Assembly (NCBI GenBank): GCA_965215015.1 | Contig: OZ244042.1 | Coordinates: forward strand, 4,096,001 to 4,160,000 | DNA length: 64,000 bases | Direction of reading: 5' to 3' | Source: Candidatus Poribacteria bacterium | GTDB lineage: Bacteria; Poribacteria; WGA-4E; PCPOR2b | Part shown: piece after piece, positions 30,079-41,078 of the stretch | How positions within the stretch are numbered: position 1 is the stretch's first letter | Layout of the letters: every line of letters begins with the position of its first letter | Made by a program: the position numbers and the translations under genes | Notes under the pieces: model-generated | What the model was told of the DNA's origin: nothing | The model's input: only the letters and a program-made list of their open reading frames with translations | Database searches by the model: none

Positions 30079-30494
30079 ATGACGATTCAGATGTTGGTCG
30101 ATGTTTGGAAGGTCTCCGGGGCACATCACTCGATGAAGCCTTCGGCAACCGAAGCCGACATCCGCGCCGCTGAAGCGAAAATCGGTGTGACATTGCCCCC
30201 GCTCCTGCGCGAAGTCTATCCGTCATTCAATGGAGGTTGGACTTGGGGATTGTGTTTTTTCCCTCGCCCCCCCTCCCAGAACATTACGCGTTGACCAATG
30301 CAAGAAGTATATCGAATATAGGTGGCATATCCCTCAAGAGATTCGCCTATTTGCAGATGAAGGGGGTTCGGATGTTTTTGGCATCTACCAGCCAGAAACC
30401 GGCAATCCGATTTATAACCATCCGATTATCGATCGGAATGCCAGATGATGCCGGCTGCATGGAAGTCGTAGGCACCAACCTGTTGTTATTATAA
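30079..30494 (+). pseudogene. Frameshifted SMI1/KNR4 (SUKH) family gene
   Basis: SATEADIRAAEAKIGVTLPPLLREVY..FNGG in one frame; continuation (IPQEIRLFADEGGSDVFGI) only by changing frame. Confidence 0.72.
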
Positions 30495-30543
30495 TTGGGA
30501 GCAACTATCGGGACTGATACTGAAATTTTTACTGATAATTCTC

Positions 30544-30572
30544 TTGACAGAAGTATGAATATTTTGTAAACT
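30544..30572 (+). promoter_or_regulatory. sigma70 promoter TTGACA-17-TAAACT
   Basis: Near-consensus boxes upstream of 30659. Confidence 0.6.
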
Positions 30573-30658
30573 TAGATTCTACGTAAAAGATACGTGCACA
30601 AAAAACGTTCTACCCAATACTATCCCTTAAATCTGAAAGAGGAGAAAAAGAGTTAAAT

Positions 30659-31861
30659 ATGAAAAAGTTTTCAACCCTACTGATGTTTCTTGTTTTGGCC
30701 GTTGGCATTGGGTGTAATCAGGAACAACCGATTACACAGCTGGAGGTTGGTAGAGAGAAGCTGCTCGGGGCCGGTTTGTCAATCGAAGCCGTTGAACACC
30801 TAAAACGGGCGGAAACTGAAGAAGCCAAAACCCCAGCCGAAAAAATAGAACCGCGAGTCTTACTACTGATTGCTTACTCACACGCCATCTCTACCGGCGA
30901 CGCTAGAACACAGCGCGTTGAAGCCGAGTACAAACAGGCGCGAGATGAAAGAATTGCAGCATTAAAGGATACTGAAATGAAGAAAATGCTTCAGTTGCTC
31001 GCTCAACGATATCGTACGCAAGCGTCAACAATGCAAATCTTGGTGGATAAAGGAGCTGGGGCGGTCCCCGTATTAATCGAATATCTCGGTATCAGAAGGT
31101 ATTTGGCTCTCCGAAACGATTTGGTTGAAATGTTGTATCAAATCGGTTCCGAAGGTGTAAACCACATAACCACCACACTCAGTGATACCAATACCTCTCC
31201 GGAGATGAAAGTGATCTTGACGCGGTTAATTGGGCGGATAAATGATTCGAGCGCGATTCCTGCTTTAGAGGCAATCCAAAGCGGAAGTGCCCCCGGGCTT
31301 AGAATGGAAATTAACATCGCACTTTATAACCTTGGCAGGGAAGAGTACAGGACACAGATTATTACTGGGTTAAGTGATAACGATGTTACGGTTCGTCGTG
31401 CGGCTGCACAGGCAATGTTGCGCCTTGACAATCCTCCGGCGGATGAACTGGTCAAAGCACTCAGCGACGCTGATGCATCGGTGCGTATGTATGCGGGCCA
31501 AACGCTTGAGAAATACCCCACTGAAAACGCTATCAGTCGGCTCGTCGAAATTCTTATAAGTGATACAGATGAGGCCGTAAAAGACGCAGCGTCAAAGGCT
31601 CTGATCATTCATGGCGAGCAGGACTTTGGAAAAGGGATAGCACAAGTGCTCATTAAGGCACTACCGGGTGTAGGCGATCCAAAGGATCGGATACGGATGG
31701 TCCTCATTCTCAAAAGAGAGGCGTTTATGGAGCAAATTAAAAATGCTCCAAAGGCACATGATGATAATATTGAATACGACCTCTTTCTCTATTTTAACCA
31801 GGAACAGAATGATATGGTTAAAGAAGAGCTCAGTATGCTATTGAACAATTTAAGACGCTAA
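30659..31861 (+). CDS. HEAT-repeat lipoprotein (paralog 1)
   Basis: Signal ending LAVGIG-C; HEAT repeats LSDNDVTVRRAAAQAM, LSDADASVRMYAGQTL. Confidence 0.8.
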   Translation: MKKFSTLLMFLVLAVGIGCNQEQPITQLEVGREKLLGAGLSIEAVEHLKRAETEEAKTPAEKIEPRVLLLIAYSHAISTGDARTQRVEAEYKQARDERIAALKDTEMKKMLQLLAQRYRTQASTMQILVDKGAGAVPVLIEYLGIRRYLALRNDLVEMLYQIGSEGVNHITTTLSDTNTSPEMKVILTRLIGRINDSSAIPALEAIQSGSAPGLRMEINIALYNLGREEYRTQIITGLSDNDVTVRRAAAQAMLRLDNPPADELVKALSDADASVRMYAGQTLEKYPTENAISRLVEILISDTDEAVKDAASKALIIHGEQDFGKGIAQVLIKALPGVGDPKDRIRMVLILKREAFMEQIKNAPKAHDDNIEYDLFLYFNQEQNDMVKEELSMLLNNLRR

Positions 31862-32510
31862 ACGCACTTTGGAGTGATTGAAATCGCTGCTACAATTCAA
31901 CCATCTGTGTGAATTGATGCCAGACGTTAAAGATGGCGCCCAGAGCAGCCTCCTCTAGCTCCAATTATAGATTTGGGTAGAACCATTTGCCACCTAGCCG
32001 CATGGGAGGTAATGTCATTGCGTGCCCGTTTAGCAGCTCACAAAGCAAAGTCGGGACTGGGGCTGATGCAATGGGCAGGATTTTGCTGCCCTATGGATTG
32101 GCTACTCCTAATCTCATGCGGAAGAACTAGCATCACATGGACGCACAAAATTTGAATCCACCGAGATGTTCTTATGCCTATACGCTCGCTGGCATATTTC
32201 TAGTGGCTGCCTAAGAATTTTCAAAATCAGTTTTACGCTTCAAAAAAACTGCACAGTCTTTATATCAATCAAAAATGGTTTCCTGCTCTCTCCCGCCCAT
32301 TATGAGGTTCGGTTCTTAATTCTGAAGTACGCGGCACCAGCTGGAGCGATTGCCTCCGTAAATCCGAATCCTCGATTTTCCCTACATTTCTATTGATGTG
32401 CAAATCTGAATCTGCTATGTATGATAGTAATTGGATTAGATTGCGACGAGTACTTTTGAGGCTGAGTGTAGTTGACGTTTTCCAAATACAAAAAAATTGA
32501 GATAAATTCT

Positions 32511-35500
32511 ATGCGTAGGAAAAATAAACTCTTAATTCTATTCACGTTTATTGGAGTGACTCTTGTCATTGGGGGCGGACTGTTTTTAGGCACTCCCTAT
32601 CTACTCAATTGGACCCGTTTGTTATTAGAATCTGAATTTGAAAAGCGGTTAAAACATCCAGTTTCTATCAGCCAAATTTCAGGAGATGTGTTGACCGGTT
32701 TGAATATCAAAGGGGTGCAAATAGCGGATGCAAATCCCGAGAATCCGCCTCTAATTTCTCTGGATGAAATCCAGATAAAATATAGATTATGGAGTTTGGC
32801 GCGAAGGAAACTCCTCATCACTCACTTGCATTTCAAGCACCCTCAAATCAATGCACATCTGGACGCAAATGGGGATTTCAACCTTGCCAAGCTAATTCCG
32901 AAGGGGCGATCGGGGGCAAGTGCGAAACTGCCCATCCAACTACTAATTTCTGATATTAGTATCGAAAATGGTACTATCGATTTTGACGATAGAAGAGATG
33001 CTCTCAGAATTACAGTCAGTGGTATTAACAGTCGTAGTCGTGTTGATAACTCCCTAAAAAACTGGAAGCATATTGGCCATCTAGAGGTACGAGACGGACG
33101 TTTTGAGCTCAATGGCGTCGAAACGCAGATTGATGAATTCAGAACTGAATTTGAGTTACAGCAGAATCGAGGTGTGTTGCAATCACTGCGTCTAGCGTTG
33201 GGCAATTCTCTACTGACCGTTTCAGGCGAGGCAAGTAATCCCAGCAAACAATCCCCACGAGTCGAAACCCAAATTCACGTAACGCTCGATTTTCGTGACG
33301 TACAAAAAATCCTATCTCTCTCAAGTGAAATAGAAGGGGTAGCAGAAGTGGATGTAGAAGCCGGCGGGCCCGTGTCGGAAATTGTCGGGAGATTTGGACT
33401 TCGTGTCCCCTCCGCCCGGCTAAACTCACTTCAATTTGAGAATTTCACTATCCAAGCCGATTTTACGCCAAGCAGTGTCCGGATTACCAAAATTGATGCT
33501 CTACTTGCATCAGGTAAGTTGACGGGAGCAGTAGAAATTGACCTCCAGCCCAAGCAAGAAGATTCGCAACGTCTAGCGTACAAAGGTTGGGTACAACTTG
33601 ACTCCCTCCGGACGGAACAGCTACTACCGATTGTAGGTCTTCCCAAAGATTTTTTGGAGGTCAAAGGAGCTTTGGGGGGTAAGCTCCAATTCAGTGGTAA
33701 CGGCTTAGACCGCCGCAAGATTGCACTTGATGGGAATCTGCAATTGGACGATGCAAGTCTAAATGGGGTGCCAATTCGCCTTTCAGCAGCACGCTACCAA
33801 CTCAACAATGAGTACCTTTCAATTACAGCTAACCTCGACGACGCGCAAATTGAAATCAATGGCAAGTCCGGATTAACCGATCCACACGATATGGATCTGC
33901 ACATTACGAAAATTGATGTAGATAAGCTCGCACAAATCTTGCAACTACCAGACCTCGCCGGCGAAGGTACGCTCACCGGAAAAAGCAGTGCTGGTGTAGA
34001 AGATAATGCCCATTATTCCGTGCAAGCTCGTTTCAGTATTCCGGAAGCGACACTATATGATGTGCCAATTGGCGTTTTGACGACAGATTTCCAGTACACA
34101 GAAAATCAGGTTTTTCTGGACCCGATACGCCTTGTTAAGGGTGAAAGTGAATTGGTTGCTCATGGAATCGCCCGCATTGAAGAGGATATTCCAATTGAAC
34201 TCAAGGTGCGTGCACAACCGCTCCATATTGCGGATTATGTGAAGTTAACAGGGCATGATCATCCAATCGAAGGGATTGCAACAGGTGAGCTAGTGCTAGA
34301 CGGAACGTTAGCCCAGCTTAACGGTCGTGGAACACTTCAGGTTGCAAGCGGCAAGGCATGGGAACTAGCACTTGATCCGCTAACGCTACCGATAGAGATT
34401 GACAATTACATCGTGAAAATTCCAGATTTCGAGGTATTAACCCGTGGCCAAAAAGGTATCCTCAACGCACAAATTGATCCAAACCATGACTATGTCATTG
34501 ATTTTCAAAGTGAGTCAATGCAACTCGCAGAGATTGCGCTCGCACGTGGAATGACTGACTTCCTTTTAGATGCCGATCTGATTGTCACAGCCAAGGGGCA
34601 AGCGAACGCGGCGGATCCAATGGCAAATCTTACCTTTGAGTTTTCAAATGTTACTTACGCAGGTCATCCGCTGGAAGATGTTTATATCACTGGTACCTAC
34701 AGGGACAATGCGCTAAGCTTTGAGGGCGTTGGCTTTAATGATACCTGTCAAATCCGTGGAGTTTTGGAATCACTTGAAGGCAGCCCGTATCACATCAATG
34801 TTGATGGTGTGGGAGTTGATCTCCTTCCGTTCCTACGAATTTTTAATGCAGCAGACTATCTGACCGGCACAGCAGATGGTAATGTTGAGCTTACAGGGAT
34901 GCTAGAAGAGTTGCCAAAATTTACGTTCCAGATGCTTCTGTCCACAACCGATCTTGATATTAAGGGATGGCAGTTGATTAATCCTGATCCGATTCGTGTT
35001 TCCTTTGCGGACAATCTATGGCACGTGCAATCTCTCGTGCTCGCTGATAAACGGGATGGCAGTCCATTCCTGAACGCGGTGGGCACTTTTCCTGTTGTGA
35101 GTGAATTGGAAGGTCCTACACATGTGGATTCAAGGACTACCAATACACTCAGTTTTACTGTAGAAGCCGATGGGTTCCCATTTGAGGTATTGCACCTGTT
35201 GGGGCTCCCACCACTTCTCTCGGGCAACTTCAGCTGCAAACTCACAGGGAGCGGAACTTATGAGGTCCCACAATTGGCACTTGATTGGACAGTTCCGAAC
35301 TTGGCAGTGCAAACCCCCATTGGGCCGGTTGCGATTAGTGAAGCTGAGGGTAGTCTCGTCTATCAGGATGGGAACCTCACTGTTGGCTCTTTCGATCTAC
35401 TTGTACTCGGCAATCCTATCGCAGTGCAGGGGGATATACAAATGGATTTCAATCATTTGCAATCTTCACGCCTGAACCTCCACGCTTCATGTCCCAATTT

Positions 35501-38500
35501 TGAGTTGGATTCACGCGATTTTCAAAATTTGCCTGATTATCTGAGTAATCTTTTAATTCTGTTTAATCTGGAGGCACAAATTACTGGCGATCTAGTTCAA
35601 CCGGCGTTGACTGCCTCGGTTAATGCGACACAAAGGACGATGCAACTCTTGGATTTCCCTCAACCTGTTGAAGATGTGAGCGTCGCAGTTCAAATCTCAG
35701 CAGGCCAGAAGGCATCGCCTGACTTAATCGTAGTTAATCTGAAATCGGCGGATTGGCAGTTCGGAGGCGGTCAGTATCAGGCATCGGGGATTTGGCGTTT
35801 GCCCAAAACGGAACCGGGATTATCCCTGACCTCAATTATAGATACTCTGGAAGGGCACAATTCAGTCCAGTTTCAACTTTACGTCAATGGGGTAAATGTG
35901 GATTTCATAACGCCTCTGAACGATAGAATGAAACGAGGAAATTTCAATATAGAAAGTCGATCCAATATAGTGCTTGAACTACACGGTAGTGGCTATCGTC
36001 CCGACCAAATGTCAGCGACTCTCAGGTGTAGCGATCTGCGTACTAAGATTAACGGCCATGATGCGCGGAATATCAATGAGATTCAGCTCCATTTCACAGA
36101 TCGGAAATTCACGCTCAGACCAACCCAAATAGGTGAAGGAAGTGCTGTTTGGCTCAACGCTGCAGGTACTATCGACCTTGATGGAAATATGGACCTTCAT
36201 TTAGATTTGGATCGACTGCCTTATGGCGTGCTGCTGCCAGCAATAACACTAACACTTTTTGATCAATCTTTCCTGAAGTTTGAAGGTTTTCTGACGAGTC
36301 AAATTCGTGTACGTGGGGACCTTACAAATCCAATCATAACTGCAAAGTGGGAGTCGGATGGTTATATCGGAAACGCCAATCTTAAGGACAATGGAGGCGC
36401 AAGCTATCAGGAAAAATTGCTCTCCATCCAAAACACGCAACGGATTGTCGGTGTGAACAAGCAGCTAGAGGTATTTGGCACGATTCCAATCGATCTCGCC
36501 TTTCAACCAATAGATCTTGAAGATCGATTCCTAAATCTACCGATCGATTTGAAATTACGAGGGCAGCAGATTTCTTTGGTGCCCCTAGCGTTACTGTTGC
36601 CTCCGTTAATTGAACATGCCGATGGTATTGCTGATATAAACCTGAGAATACAGGGGACAACCGCTTCGCCTTACCCGCAAGGAAAGCTGTCGTTTCAAAG
36701 TGCCACCTTGAAGTTAGCGAACTTTGACATGCCAATTTCAAACGGGAAAGTTGAATTGCTGGCGGATAAGGGGGAAATTCGTATCCCTACACTCAGTTTT
36801 CAGGTGGGTCAAGGGGAGTATTCAGCAGAAATCAACTGTAAACTTGCTGGGCTTATCGCAACTGATTTTGAAATCTCCCGATTCAGCGTCTATAAAGCAA
36901 GAATTGCTGATTTTATCGGAAATCGATCAAGGTTGCTTAATCCCATTGTGTCGCGGTTTTTGAATCCCGAAGCGATTGGGACGGAGGTGATGTCAACCGA
37001 AGTGTTGAATGGATATATTACGGCGGAGGCCAGTTTGAAAATTCCAGTAAATCAGTTTCTTATCCCCGGCAAAACTGCATGGATTCCGACATTCATTAAG
37101 CCATTCAATCCACCAAATGTGATTAAGTATGTAACAGGTCAGCTAAATATTCAAAATATTCTAATTGAAGGGTTAGGTTATCAAATTCGTAACTCTAGGC
37201 CGATTGAGATTCAACTTGCAAACCAGAAGCTCAGCTTAGAAAACGGATTCAGCTTAGAAGATCAAAAATCGGTGCTAACCGAAGCCAAACGCCTGCGAGT
37301 CACAGGATTCGGAAGTTGGGAACTTGGTAAAAAATTGCTCTTTCATGTCGAAATGAAAAATCTTGATCTCGGCTTTATTTCGGGATTTCTGCCCGAAGCC
37401 TACGCCGTTCGTGGTTCTTTGAACTCCTCTCTTGATATACGTGGAACGGATGCTGAACCGAGGCTTTCCTTTAGGTGGGAAACCCCGGAACTGCGAATAA
37501 ACCAAGCAGAGGTTGATCAATTTACCGGTAGCGTCACGTATGAGGATCGAAAAATCCGAATTAGCGGAAAACAAAACGATGAGGCCCATCTGTCTATTGG
37601 GAAAAATCACGCCGCCCTATCTGTGCTGATTCCATTTCACCTATCCTTACTGGAATTCAAAGCTGAACCGTTACCAGAGGATATTGAAGGCGGATTAGAT
37701 ATAGCTATCGGAGATTTAGATTTCTTATCTCTCATTTTTCCTCAATTTGCTTTTACCGAAGGTACAGGGGCCCTTAATGCCACGCTTGGTGGTCGATTTG
37801 ACTCACCCGTGCTTAAAGGATCGACAAATTTAAGAGCCCTTGCGTTCGAGCTGCCAGATTCACATATTAGCTTAGAAAACGGAACAGCGCATCTCGATTT
37901 GACCGAGAGAGGTGTCAATATTCGACACATTACGGGAGATATGAACGATGGCACCTTCGAGATTAACGGAGTGATACAATCCGATTGGTTCAATGTACAG
38001 CGTATAGATGTCGTCGCTGAATTGAGTGAGGGTACCAAGTTTGAGAAACCCGGATTTTACCAACTTAGGTGTCAAAGCGTCAACTTACAGATGAAAGGCA
38101 CTGTCACGACAGATGGGAATCTCAAACTTCCACCCTTAAGAGGTTCAATCCGTGTCAAAGAAGGTCGATACGAGCAAGACTGGAAGCAGCTAGTTCAGGA
38201 TTTGGTGGATAAGGCAGCAGAGGTACAGTTTGAGGTTTGGTTCGATTACCCTATTGTGCGCAATCTCCAATTAGAGCTTGATATCATTGCCCCCAATAAC
38301 TTTTGGGTGGAATCAAATTTAGGGGAAATTGAGATTGAAACATCAATCAACGGTGAGATTGTTGGACCGATTCAAAAACCTATTTTTAGCGGACGCGTGG
38401 CCCTGTTAGAAGGTGAATTAGCTCTCTTTGGTGGTCATCAATTTGAGATTAAGGAAGGTTCGTATGTAGAAAACAAAAACGCACTAGAATTTAACCCGTG

Positions 38501-39002
38501 GTATGAGATCACTGCTGAGACAACCGAACCAATCCGAAGCGTTCCAGTTCCAACGACAGACGGTCAAATCCACACTAGAGATCTCAGGGTTACTGTGCAC
38601 TTGAGTGGCTACCTCAAGGAGAAGCATAACCCGGATTTCCAAGCGAAAGTCCTTAGAAAAGGGACCGGCGAAGATTATCAATTAACCCCGCATCAAATCC
38701 TTTCTATTTTAACACTTGGTGGAAATCCCCTTCTACAGTATATGGGTAGCGGGATTGCGAAAGTGGCGGATTTGAGCGAGACTCGTGTTGATCTGAGCCC
38801 TGACAATTTTGAACAGTCGCGTTTCCTTGTGACGAAAGAGCTCTCAGAACACCTCTCCTTGACTTATTCTTCTACCCTCCAACTTCACACAGAGCCTCGT
38901 ATTGAGGTTGAATATCAAATTAACCGACACTTTTATATCAAAGGCGAACGAAATGAACGCGGAAAATACGGCGTAGATCTCAAACTAGAACAGCGATTTT
39001 AG
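32511..39002 (+). CDS. tamB: TamB/AsmA-like translocation-assembly protein (~2160 aa)
   Basis: N-terminal TM anchor, long beta-rich body, DUF490-like C-terminus ending GVDLKLEQRF; BamA-family gene downstream. Confidence 0.85.
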   Translation: MRRKNKLLILFTFIGVTLVIGGGLFLGTPYLLNWTRLLLESEFEKRLKHPVSISQISGDVLTGLNIKGVQIADANPENPPLISLDEIQIKYRLWSLARRKLLITHLHFKHPQINAHLDANGDFNLAKLIPKGRSGASAKLPIQLLISDISIENGTIDFDDRRDALRITVSGINSRSRVDNSLKNWKHIGHLEVRDGRFELNGVETQIDEFRTEFELQQNRGVLQSLRLALGNSLLTVSGEASNPSKQSPRVETQIHVTLDFRDVQKILSLSSEIEGVAEVDVEAGGPVSEIVGRFGLRVPSARLNSLQFENFTIQADFTPSSVRITKIDALLASGKLTGAVEIDLQPKQEDSQRLAYKGWVQLDSLRTEQLLPIVGLPKDFLEVKGALGGKLQFSGNGLDRRKIALDGNLQLDDASLNGVPIRLSAARYQLNNEYLSITANLDDAQIEINGKSGLTDPHDMDLHITKIDVDKLAQILQLPDLAGEGTLTGKSSAGVEDNAHYSVQARFSIPEATLYDVPIGVLTTDFQYTENQVFLDPIRLVKGESELVAHGIARIEEDIPIELKVRAQPLHIADYVKLTGHDHPIEGIATGELVLDGTLAQLNGRGTLQVASGKAWELALDPLTLPIEIDNYIVKIPDFEVLTRGQKGILNAQIDPNHDYVIDFQSESMQLAEIALARGMTDFLLDADLIVTAKGQANAADPMANLTFEFSNVTYAGHPLEDVYITGTYRDNALSFEGVGFNDTCQIRGVLESLEGSPYHINVDGVGVDLLPFLRIFNAADYLTGTADGNVELTGMLEELPKFTFQMLLSTTDLDIKGWQLINPDPIRVSFADNLWHVQSLVLADKRDGSPFLNAVGTFPVVSELEGPTHVDSRTTNTLSFTVEADGFPFEVLHLLGLPPLLSGNFSCKLTGSGTYEVPQLALDWTVPNLAVQTPIGPVAISEAEGSLVYQDGNLTVGSFDLLVLGNPIAVQGDIQMDFNHLQSSRLNLHASCPNFELDSRDFQNLPDYLSNLLILFNLEAQITGDLVQPALTASVNATQRTMQLLDFPQPVEDVSVAVQISAGQKASPDLIVVNLKSADWQFGGGQYQASGIWRLPKTEPGLSLTSIIDTLEGHNSVQFQLYVNGVNVDFITPLNDRMKRGNFNIESRSNIVLELHGSGYRPDQMSATLRCSDLRTKINGHDARNINEIQLHFTDRKFTLRPTQIGEGSAVWLNAAGTIDLDGNMDLHLDLDRLPYGVLLPAITLTLFDQSFLKFEGFLTSQIRVRGDLTNPIITAKWESDGYIGNANLKDNGGASYQEKLLSIQNTQRIVGVNKQLEVFGTIPIDLAFQPIDLEDRFLNLPIDLKLRGQQISLVPLALLLPPLIEHADGIADINLRIQGTTASPYPQGKLSFQSATLKLANFDMPISNGKVELLADKGEIRIPTLSFQVGQGEYSAEINCKLAGLIATDFEISRFSVYKARIADFIGNRSRLLNPIVSRFLNPEAIGTEVMSTEVLNGYITAEASLKIPVNQFLIPGKTAWIPTFIKPFNPPNVIKYVTGQLNIQNILIEGLGYQIRNSRPIEIQLANQKLSLENGFSLEDQKSVLTEAKRLRVTGFGSWELGKKLLFHVEMKNLDLGFISGFLPEAYAVRGSLNSSLDIRGTDAEPRLSFRWETPELRINQAEVDQFTGSVTYEDRKIRISGKQNDEAHLSIGKNHAALSVLIPFHLSLLEFKAEPLPEDIEGGLDIAIGDLDFLSLIFPQFAFTEGTGALNATLGGRFDSPVLKGSTNLRALAFELPDSHISLENGTAHLDLTERGVNIRHITGDMNDGTFEINGVIQSDWFNVQRIDVVAELSEGTKFEKPGFYQLRCQSVNLQMKGTVTTDGNLKLPPLRGSIRVKEGRYEQDWKQLVQDLVDKAAEVQFEVWFDYPIVRNLQLELDIIAPNNFWVESNLGEIEIETSINGEIVGPIQKPIFSGRVALLEGELALFGGHQFEIKEGSYVENKNALEFNPWYEITAETTEPIRSVPVPTTDGQIHTRDLRVTVHLSGYLKEKHNPDFQAKVLRKGTGEDYQLTPHQILSILTLGGNPLLQYMGSGIAKVADLSETRVDLSPDNFEQSRFLVTKELSEHLSLTYSSTLQLHTEPRIEVEYQINRHFYIKGERNERGKYGVDLKLEQRF

Positions 39003-39237
39003 ATAGTATCATCAAATATAACTATTATTGAACTTTCCGAACCATAGTGCAACTCTCTTTCTGTCAAATAGTTGTCGATAAACGTCTCTGATATGAAGCC
39101 CTAACAAAACTGCCATAATCCTGTAACATCTCCATGCTATAATAGTTTTTTTATATCTTACATTTGAACAGTTACCCGCATCTTTGGGGACAAACTACTT
39201 GAACGATAGATGGTGACGCCAGAACAAGATCTTCACC

Positions 39238-40584
39238 ATGAAGAACCAAAAGAAATCAGGAGAACAAAATTTTATGAAGACATGTCTAGTAACCATGCCT
39301 GCTAGGCCTCAATTCCTCAAATTACATCATCATTCGGTCATCTTGAGTAGGAATCTCTCTACTACAACGATTCAGAGATTCCTTGCCTCCTTCAGGACAA
39401 CGCTTTGTGGAGGATTGATCTTGGTGATCTTGCTGACCGGCTGTGAACCGCAACAGAAAATAGATCATTTGAAAATTGGGAGGCAACAACTGCTAAATTC
39501 AGGACTTGTGGTTGATGCAGTTAAACATCTGAAACAGGCTGAAATAGACGAGATAGACAAGACCGAGCCTCGCGTGTTGTTGCTCCTTGCATACTCGCAC
39601 GGGCTCTCAACGGGAACTGCGAAAGCACAAGGGTTGGACGCGGAGTTCAGAAGTGAACGAGCACAGCGGTTAGCTGCGTTAGAAGATGTAGAAATTAAAA
39701 ACCTCCTTCAACTCTTGGTAAGACGTTCTCGGCTCCATAAAGATGCAATACAAGTAGTTGTTGACAAAGGTGTAGATGCAATCCCTATCTTGATTAATGC
39801 TTTAAGTAGCATTGAGTTTCAAAACCTGCATGGCGACATCATAGAAATGATATATCAAATTGGAAGCGATAGTCTAGATCTTATGATTGATGCTATTCAG
39901 AATGCTGATATATCAACGGAGGTGAAAGTCGCACTCGTGCGCCTTATCGGGAGGATTGGGGCGCCACAGAGTCTTGACGTTTTGGAGGGAATCCACAGTC
40001 AAACCGACGATGCCGGATTGAAGATGGAAGTCAGTGTCACACTCTACAGGCTCGGAAAGCATGAATACTCGACAGCAATTGTCAAAGGCTTAGACAATGA
40101 TGATGTGAATGTACGTCGTGCGGCTGCGCGGGCGATGATACATCTTAATGATTACCCAGTGGACCAGGTACTTAAAGTGCTTCAGGACATTGATAATAAC
40201 GTGGTTACCTATGCGGCGGAGGCATTTCAAAATCGCCCAAATACACAAGCAGTTATGCCACTCACCGAAGTCCTCACAGGTCCAGCCGATAACGCCGCAA
40301 AACAAGCAGCTTCTGAAGCGCTGCGTATTCACGCAGAACAGAAGTTGGCAAAGGGGCTGACCAGCCGGCTTATTAAAATGCTGATTTCTGGCAAAATTGT
40401 GAACGCCGAAGATCGACTCCGTATTCTTCAGCTGCTTCGGAAAGATGCACTGACAAAACAAATTAAAGTAGCTGCGTTGGTAGATCCACAACTGCCCTAC
40501 GACCTTGATCAGTACTTGAAACAGAGCGAAACACATGAAATAGTTAAAGGAGAGCTGAGATGGCTACTTTCCGAACTGGAGTGA
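39238..40584 (+). CDS. HEAT-repeat lipoprotein (paralog 2); start uncertain
   Basis: Lipobox ILLTG-C; shares AVxHLKxAE, EPRVLLLxAYSH, VDKG and DVxVRRAAAxAM with 30659-31861. Confidence 0.8.
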   Translation: MKNQKKSGEQNFMKTCLVTMPARPQFLKLHHHSVILSRNLSTTTIQRFLASFRTTLCGGLILVILLTGCEPQQKIDHLKIGRQQLLNSGLVVDAVKHLKQAEIDEIDKTEPRVLLLLAYSHGLSTGTAKAQGLDAEFRSERAQRLAALEDVEIKNLLQLLVRRSRLHKDAIQVVVDKGVDAIPILINALSSIEFQNLHGDIIEMIYQIGSDSLDLMIDAIQNADISTEVKVALVRLIGRIGAPQSLDVLEGIHSQTDDAGLKMEVSVTLYRLGKHEYSTAIVKGLDNDDVNVRRAAARAMIHLNDYPVDQVLKVLQDIDNNVVTYAAEAFQNRPNTQAVMPLTEVLTGPADNAAKQAASEALRIHAEQKLAKGLTSRLIKMLISGKIVNAEDRLRILQLLRKDALTKQIKVAALVDPQLPYDLDQYLKQSETHEIVKGELRWLLSELE

Positions 40585-41078
40585 GGGATAGTTCTCCCCT
40601 AATCGGAAAATGAACAATTCGGAAAAGCCATGTGCAAACTGCTTAATCTCCTGCATGTTACGGAGCTGCATGTCCCCAAATATTAACACTTTAAAGCCCT
40701 CTACTATGCGCTGTCTATGACAAAAAGTCCAAATTAATCCACATCAACTCTCCAATCTGCTTACCCCTTTGTGCGATAACCTATTACTATACCTCCGGTA
40801 AAATTCACACCCAACTGCTGATGAGTTCGGTTACGATAAGGTGTGCCCGTTTTCCCACAGTGATTTCTCCTTGCTCTTCTAGCCCCACCGCGATTATCGT
40901 ATTGAATTCTGATATCAAAATCGGCTACAATAAGCGTTAGCGAATACCATTTCTGGTTCCAAACCAAATTCTTAAAATCTTTAAGAGGAAAAGCGACACT
41001 CCCAGACCTTGAGTGTGGGAGACAACGGAGGTAACTCCTACTCTTTGAACCGAGCCGGAAGGGGGTGAAAATATAGGG

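Noticed and set aside
31900-32470. Short ORFs (31973-32155, 32166-32396) as genes or a DinB-like relic
   Set aside because: No RBS and only a weak HLAAWE resemblance; not supportable by eye
40997-41021. Second IS605-like end (CTCCCA..TGGGAG hairpin)
   Set aside because: Stem is short and lacks the terminal tetranucleotide context
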